Source of the DNA: Trichomonas gallinae
Lineage: Eukaryota
DNA: 34,363 bases
Assembly (NCBI GenBank): GCA_008369845.1
Contig: MRSU01008502.1
Location: forward strand, 1-34,363
Direction: 5' to 3'
Shown here: positions 30,268 through 34,363 of the stretch, piece by piece
Position numbering within the stretch: the first letter of the stretch is position 1
Layout: each line of letters opens with the position of its first letter
Translations under genes and position numbers: made by a program
Notes under the pieces: generated by a model
What the model was told of the DNA's origin: nothing
Seen by the model: only the letters and a program-made list of their open reading frames with translations
Databases searched by the model: none

Positions 30268-31257
30268 TTAATACCACAAACTGGAATTAATAAACTCTGG
30301 AGGTGAATCTGATATCTGATCAGGAAACCCATCAAATGGAGGCGTGAAAGAAATACAATGATCAAACTCTATATTATCAGATCTTGGTAATTTAAGGATG
30401 TCAAACAACATAGATTCTAATGAATTTGTTGTTTTCAATCCAACACTTTCTAAGATAACTCCATATATTCCTGATCGCGGATGATCTATGATAATGTCAT
30501 TTTTAATGGTATGAACTACTATTGTCTTGTTTCTGATATACATACACCACTCTGAACCATATGGAATTGTTTCATTGAACCAACTATGCAATCTACCTTT
30601 TTCAAAGTCTATTACAGTCTTGAAAAACTCTATCATAGCACTCCCTGCGCCATACTTTGTACATAATGCATGATATATATCATATGTAATAGTATTGTAA
30701 TGAATAAGCAATTCTACGATTTTCCTAATATCTACATGATTAGAAGGTAATGGTTGTTGAATGAGTTCGTCCATAATTCTGTTAACAAATTCGGATTTTG
30801 TTAATACGACATTTTTCTGAGCTAAAGTTTTCCATACAGTATCTACATTATCATCTATCTTCCATACCATCTTTGTTTGTACACAAGGCACTTTAGTACA
30901 CATAGAATTTTTCTGAAAAATGCAATTTCTGTTTTCCCTTAATTTCCATTCTTTATGATTAGGTGCTATTTCTATGGGAATGTCACTACATTGAATTCTC
31001 ACGAGTTCGAAACCATACATTTTAAGATTCTTATTTATCGAATTCTTTTTGATAAAAAGAACATTGCTTAAATTGTCATTGTTGATCCAAAACTGACTGT
31101 TGTTTGTGTGCCAGAAAATTCCTAAGTTTTCTTTCAAATGTGGTTTTTCTTCCGAATATTGCAATAATTTTTTCAATTTATCGCAGAATCGTAGTGCGTT
31201 CTCTTTGACATCCTTCTTTATTTCCTCCAGTTCGTTTTCATATGTAGAACTCGTCAT
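30268..31257 (-). CDS. Initiator-binding domain (IBD, IBP39-like) protein
   Basis: RF..KL..LL......LGIFW......F.IN...L..VL.IK.NSIN.NL..YGF matches the trichomonad IBD pattern. Confidence 0.8.
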   Translation of the reverse strand: MTSSTYENELEEIKKDVKENALRFCDKLKKLLQYSEEKPHLKENLGIFWHTNNSQFWINNDNLSNVLFIKKNSINKNLKMYGFELVRIQCSDIPIEIAPNHKEWKLRENRNCIFQKNSMCTKVPCVQTKMVWKIDDNVDTVWKTLAQKNVVLTKSEFVNRIMDELIQQPLPSNHVDIRKIVELLIHYNTITYDIYHALCTKYGAGSAMIEFFKTVIDFEKGRLHSWFNETIPYGSEWCMYIRNKTIVVHTIKNDIIIDHPRSGIYGVILESVGLKTTNSLESMLFDILKLPRSDNIEFDHCISFTPPFDGFPDQISDSPPEFINSSLWY

Positions 31258-31649
31258 GAAAGCAAAGATTTTATACTTAAATTTTGATGTTATAATTCAA
31301 TGGTTTACAACACATCAAGCCAAATGAATTCTATCAACATCTGAGTTCTCTATGACTATATGATTATAAAAAACGAGTTTTTGTCGCCAAATTCCAATTA
31401 TTTAACTGAAATGGATTTAAAATTAAGAATTCTGGTAATGCACTAAATGATTATGGCATTATATTTGCTACTAAAGCGATATTTCTACTTTTTAATGCTG
31501 AAATATATGATTTAAAGCTTATTGTTGAATTATCAAAAAAAAATCCGAATATTCTGCATCCTCATGTATAATAGCTTTTCTTGTTTATTTATCATGAATT
31601 TATTAACATAAACAATGTATTTATTTTATTACAAAAGATAGATCTATTT

Positions 31650-33176
31650 TCAAGCTGGTGGTTTCGTGTTCGATCCGAAGCCATTTCCTGCTGGTTTAGA
31701 TGCAGCAAACGGGTTAGGTGCTCCTCCTCCTGCTGCGCTGGAAAACGCTGATTGTGTTCCACTTCCTGCTCCTCCAAATGGTGATGCTGGTGCAGTTCCT
31801 GCTGGCTTCGCTCCAAAAGCACTTGTTGTTCCTGTTGTTGATTTATTTTGCCAGTTTCCTCCAAAAGCACTTGTTGATCCGGTCGCTGTTGTACCAGCTG
31901 GTTTACCAAAGATACTACCGCCAGTTGCAGCGGTTGTAGTAGAACCAAATGCTGATGTCTTAGCTTGGCCAAATGCTGAGCTCGTTTCGACTGTAGTTGG
32001 GCCTGATCTGACCTCTTCAAAGCCAAACCACCTGCCTGTGCCTGGCTCCTGTGGAACTCCATCTTTTTCCGCAGCGTGCTGCGTATTGGCAGTAGCAGAG
32101 AATCCACCTGCAGCTCCTGTGGCACCAAACCCACCTGTGGTAGACACAGCTGCTGGTTTCGCTCCAAATCCACCTGAAGCACTTGTAGCAGGTGCAGCGG
32201 CTGGTTTCACGCCAAACCCACCTGCAGCATTTGGTGCACCGAATCCACCTGAAGCATTTGTAGCAGGTGCAGCGGCTGGCTTCACTCCAAATGATGTTGT
32301 GGATGCTGGTTTTGAAGCAGTAACACCAGATGCCAAGGGATTTGGTTTTGGTTGTGTCGCAGTTGATGCCGTAGTTGAAGAAGATTCTGCGGCGTCTTCT
32401 TTTGGCTTTTCTTGCTCGGCTGTCTTAGGGAAGCCTCCAGTTGGAGGTGCAAAGCTTGGTTTAGAACCTGTTGGCGCGGTAACTGGCGATACTGGTTGTG
32501 CTAGACTTTTACCAAACGTTAGTGCTTTCGTTGAAGATGTAGATGATGTAAATGAAGGTGCAGCCTTGTTTGCTTCATTAGAAGGAGTCTGTCCGGCTGG
32601 CTTGTTAGATATTCCTCCACTAAGCGGAGCATTTGCTTGTTTTGCACCAGTATTAAATGGTGATGGTGATGAGCCGAGCTTTGCACCACCAATTCCTGTT
32701 CCAAGACCACCAGGTTTTGAATTTCCAGTTATTGACGATCCTGAGCCAATTGCAGAGTTGGAAATACCCGATTTTGCCTGCGTTGTTGGTTGTGCTGCAC
32801 TAGCTGGAGTAGCTGTAGACTTATCTTTAGGTGCACCGAATCCCGTAGTAGCTGTTGTAGATTTTTGTCCAACAGCACCTGAAGTAAATCCTGTAGTTGA
32901 TGGCGAACCAGTGTTCGAAGCAAAAGATGAAGATTTTGATGCATGCGAATTGTTTGTTGGAGTTTGAGATTTATCTCGTTGGAGATTCTTGTTGAATGCG
33001 ATTATAGGCTGATTTTTCTCTTCTTTTGGGATGCGGTGTCTCTTAGAGAAAATTTTATCATAATCAAAATTATTTGTTTGGTTATCTTGATTTTCTGTTT
33101 TGTTTCTGGGTGTCGTTTGCTCAGTTTCTGAAGTCTTAGCTTGCTTCCAGGTATTAATAGAAGAATTTTTGTTCAT
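31650..33176 (-). CDS. FG-repeat nucleoporin-like low-complexity protein
   Basis: 15 FG dipeptides (GGFG, SAFG) in S/T/A/G/P-rich spacers; no folded domain recognised. Confidence 0.75.
   Translation of the reverse strand: MNKNSSINTWKQAKTSETEQTTPRNKTENQDNQTNNFDYDKIFSKRHRIPKEEKNQPIIAFNKNLQRDKSQTPTNNSHASKSSSFASNTGSPSTTGFTSGAVGQKSTTATTGFGAPKDKSTATPASAAQPTTQAKSGISNSAIGSGSSITGNSKPGGLGTGIGGAKLGSSPSPFNTGAKQANAPLSGGISNKPAGQTPSNEANKAAPSFTSSTSSTKALTFGKSLAQPVSPVTAPTGSKPSFAPPTGGFPKTAEQEKPKEDAAESSSTTASTATQPKPNPLASGVTASKPASTTSFGVKPAAAPATNASGGFGAPNAAGGFGVKPAAAPATSASGGFGAKPAAVSTTGGFGATGAAGGFSATANTQHAAEKDGVPQEPGTGRWFGFEEVRSGPTTVETSSAFGQAKTSAFGSTTTAATGGSIFGKPAGTTATGSTSAFGGNWQNKSTTGTTSAFGAKPAGTAPASPFGGAGSGTQSAFSSAAGGGAPNPFAASKPAGNGFGSNTKPPA
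32167..32291. repeat. 75-bp-period coding duplication within the FG protein
   Basis: aatccacctgaagcacttgtagcaggtgcagcggctggtttcac at 32167 and a near-identical copy at 32242, encoding FGVKPAAAPAT(N/S)ASGG. Confidence 0.85.
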
Positions 33177-34166
33177 GGATTTTGATCAAAACAAGAAAAT
33201 TTTTTGTCCTTAAAAAAAAAACTTGATAAAGAAAATTTATTAATAAATATAGTGCCTATAAGTGAATCTATATAACAAGAAAACAACTTAATTATAAATT
33301 TGACGTGTAAATAAATAATATGTCAAAAATTCAAATCTCCTTGTTATGTAAAACAAGGTTGTATGATTTAGGTTCTTCAGTGTTGGGCATGCTTGTAGAT
33401 TTCATTCGACTGTTTTCATTCCTTTTCACGTCAATTTTTTTCACCGATTTGGATCAAAAACATCTTTTCTTCCTGAGTTGCATTTCTGAGAAAGAGGATG
33501 TTGTATATTGTATATAGTTGATTCATTAGGAATTATTAATAATGGGAATCTAAAGACTAGTCACCATGGGTACCTATGTCAAGTATTACATCATTGAACC
33601 TAGTATCTACATCAAGTAAAATGATTCGGCAAGTGAACAAATGTATAATTTTAAAAATTTAATCATTTGTTTTTAAAAAAATTAATATGCTTCTATGATT
33701 TATTCCTTCCTAAATATCGTATTATATCGGTATTTATCCGATTTTCAAGAAAAACGAAATTCATAAGATATCTTTAATTATCAGACTCATTTTCGATTAT
33801 AATTATATTATTCTTGTTTATTTAATTCTTTTATATCTTATATATAAATGAGGTACTCTTCTAGATGAGTATGGCTTCCTCCATTAGACAAAAAAAAAAT
33901 AGTCGGTGTTGAAACACGATGAGTTATTCAATTTATGGATTGTTATTCAAAATTTTGCTCTTACTGGTTTGTCAAAAACCCCATGATGTATATGTTGTTT
34001 GATTTTACCAATTATATCTTTCGTATTTAAGAAGTAGTAGCGAAGATACATCATTTGATCGTGTATAGTTCGGGATATTTTATTAGACAAATATCTATGA
34101 AACTCAAGCTGACATATATATATGCCATTAATAACCATATATGGATTAATAAAAAATATATATTTG

Positions 34167-34361
34167 TTAATTAATTAGGGGGATCGTTAGAATAAGTTTG
34201 ACAACTTCATCATGACTATTACATGAAGCAATCATCAAAGCTGTCCAATTGTCTTTGTTTTTTGCATTGACATCTATTCCAGGAACTGTGAGAAGGAGTT
34301 TGACAACTTCAAGATGACCAAACTCAGAAGATTCTATCAAAGCTGTATTGTTATCTCTGTT
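34167..34361 (-). CDS. 3' end of an ankyrin-repeat gene (partial; starts beyond the window; not in the ORF track)
   Basis: Translates NRDNNTALIESSEFGHLEVVKLLLTVPGIDVNAKNKDNWTALMIASCNSHDEVVKLILTIPLIN*; 102-bp nucleotide period. Confidence 0.9.
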   Translation of the reverse strand, partial: NRDNNTALIESSEFGHLEVVKLLLTVPGIDVNAKNKDNWTALMIASCNSHDEVVKLILTIPLIN

Positions 34362-34363
34362 TT

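Noticed and set aside
31666..32967. 433-aa antisense ORF
   Set aside because: Mirror of the low-complexity FG coding strand; GTG start.
33331..33483. Coding-like minus-strand stretch with an internal TGA upstream of the FG gene
   Set aside because: Only about 50 codons, no recognisable homology, and no splice signals linking it to the FG ORF.
34195..34363. CRISPR-like or non-coding direct repeats
   Set aside because: The 102-bp period is explained by ankyrin coding repeats on the minus strand.

Overview
AT-rich eukaryotic DNA with single-exon genes, most consistent with a trichomonad such as Trichomonas vaginalis or a close relative. The assignment rests on TCA(C/T)(T/A) initiator elements just upstream of ATGs, an initiator-binding-domain gene, an [FeFe]-hydrogenase and ankyrin/CAMK/surface-protein family members. 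About 15 complete CDSs are present: an AmmeMemoRadiSam-type radical SAM enzyme fused to a flavodoxin domain, PWP2, a WD40 protein, a CAMK kinase, a small hypothetical, an ankyrin protein, a G-alpha, two type I membrane proteins, a helical-repeat hypothetical, a PP2A B56-like subunit, an [FeFe]-hydrogenase, a Pumilio protein, an IBD protein and an FG-repeat protein. Two partial coding segments at the window edges are missing from the ORF track. The three strongest leads are: (1) an unannotated box C/D snoRNA-like gene (5722-5788, minus) whose D' guide is antisense to the sarcin-ricin loop and would methylate the alpha-sarcin cleavage-site G; (2) the radical SAM-flavodoxin fusion; (3) a hydrogenase with no presequence, a Cys-to-Asp change at a [2Fe-2S] ligand and no His-ligated cluster. 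All assignments come from motif recognition by eye; no searches were run.
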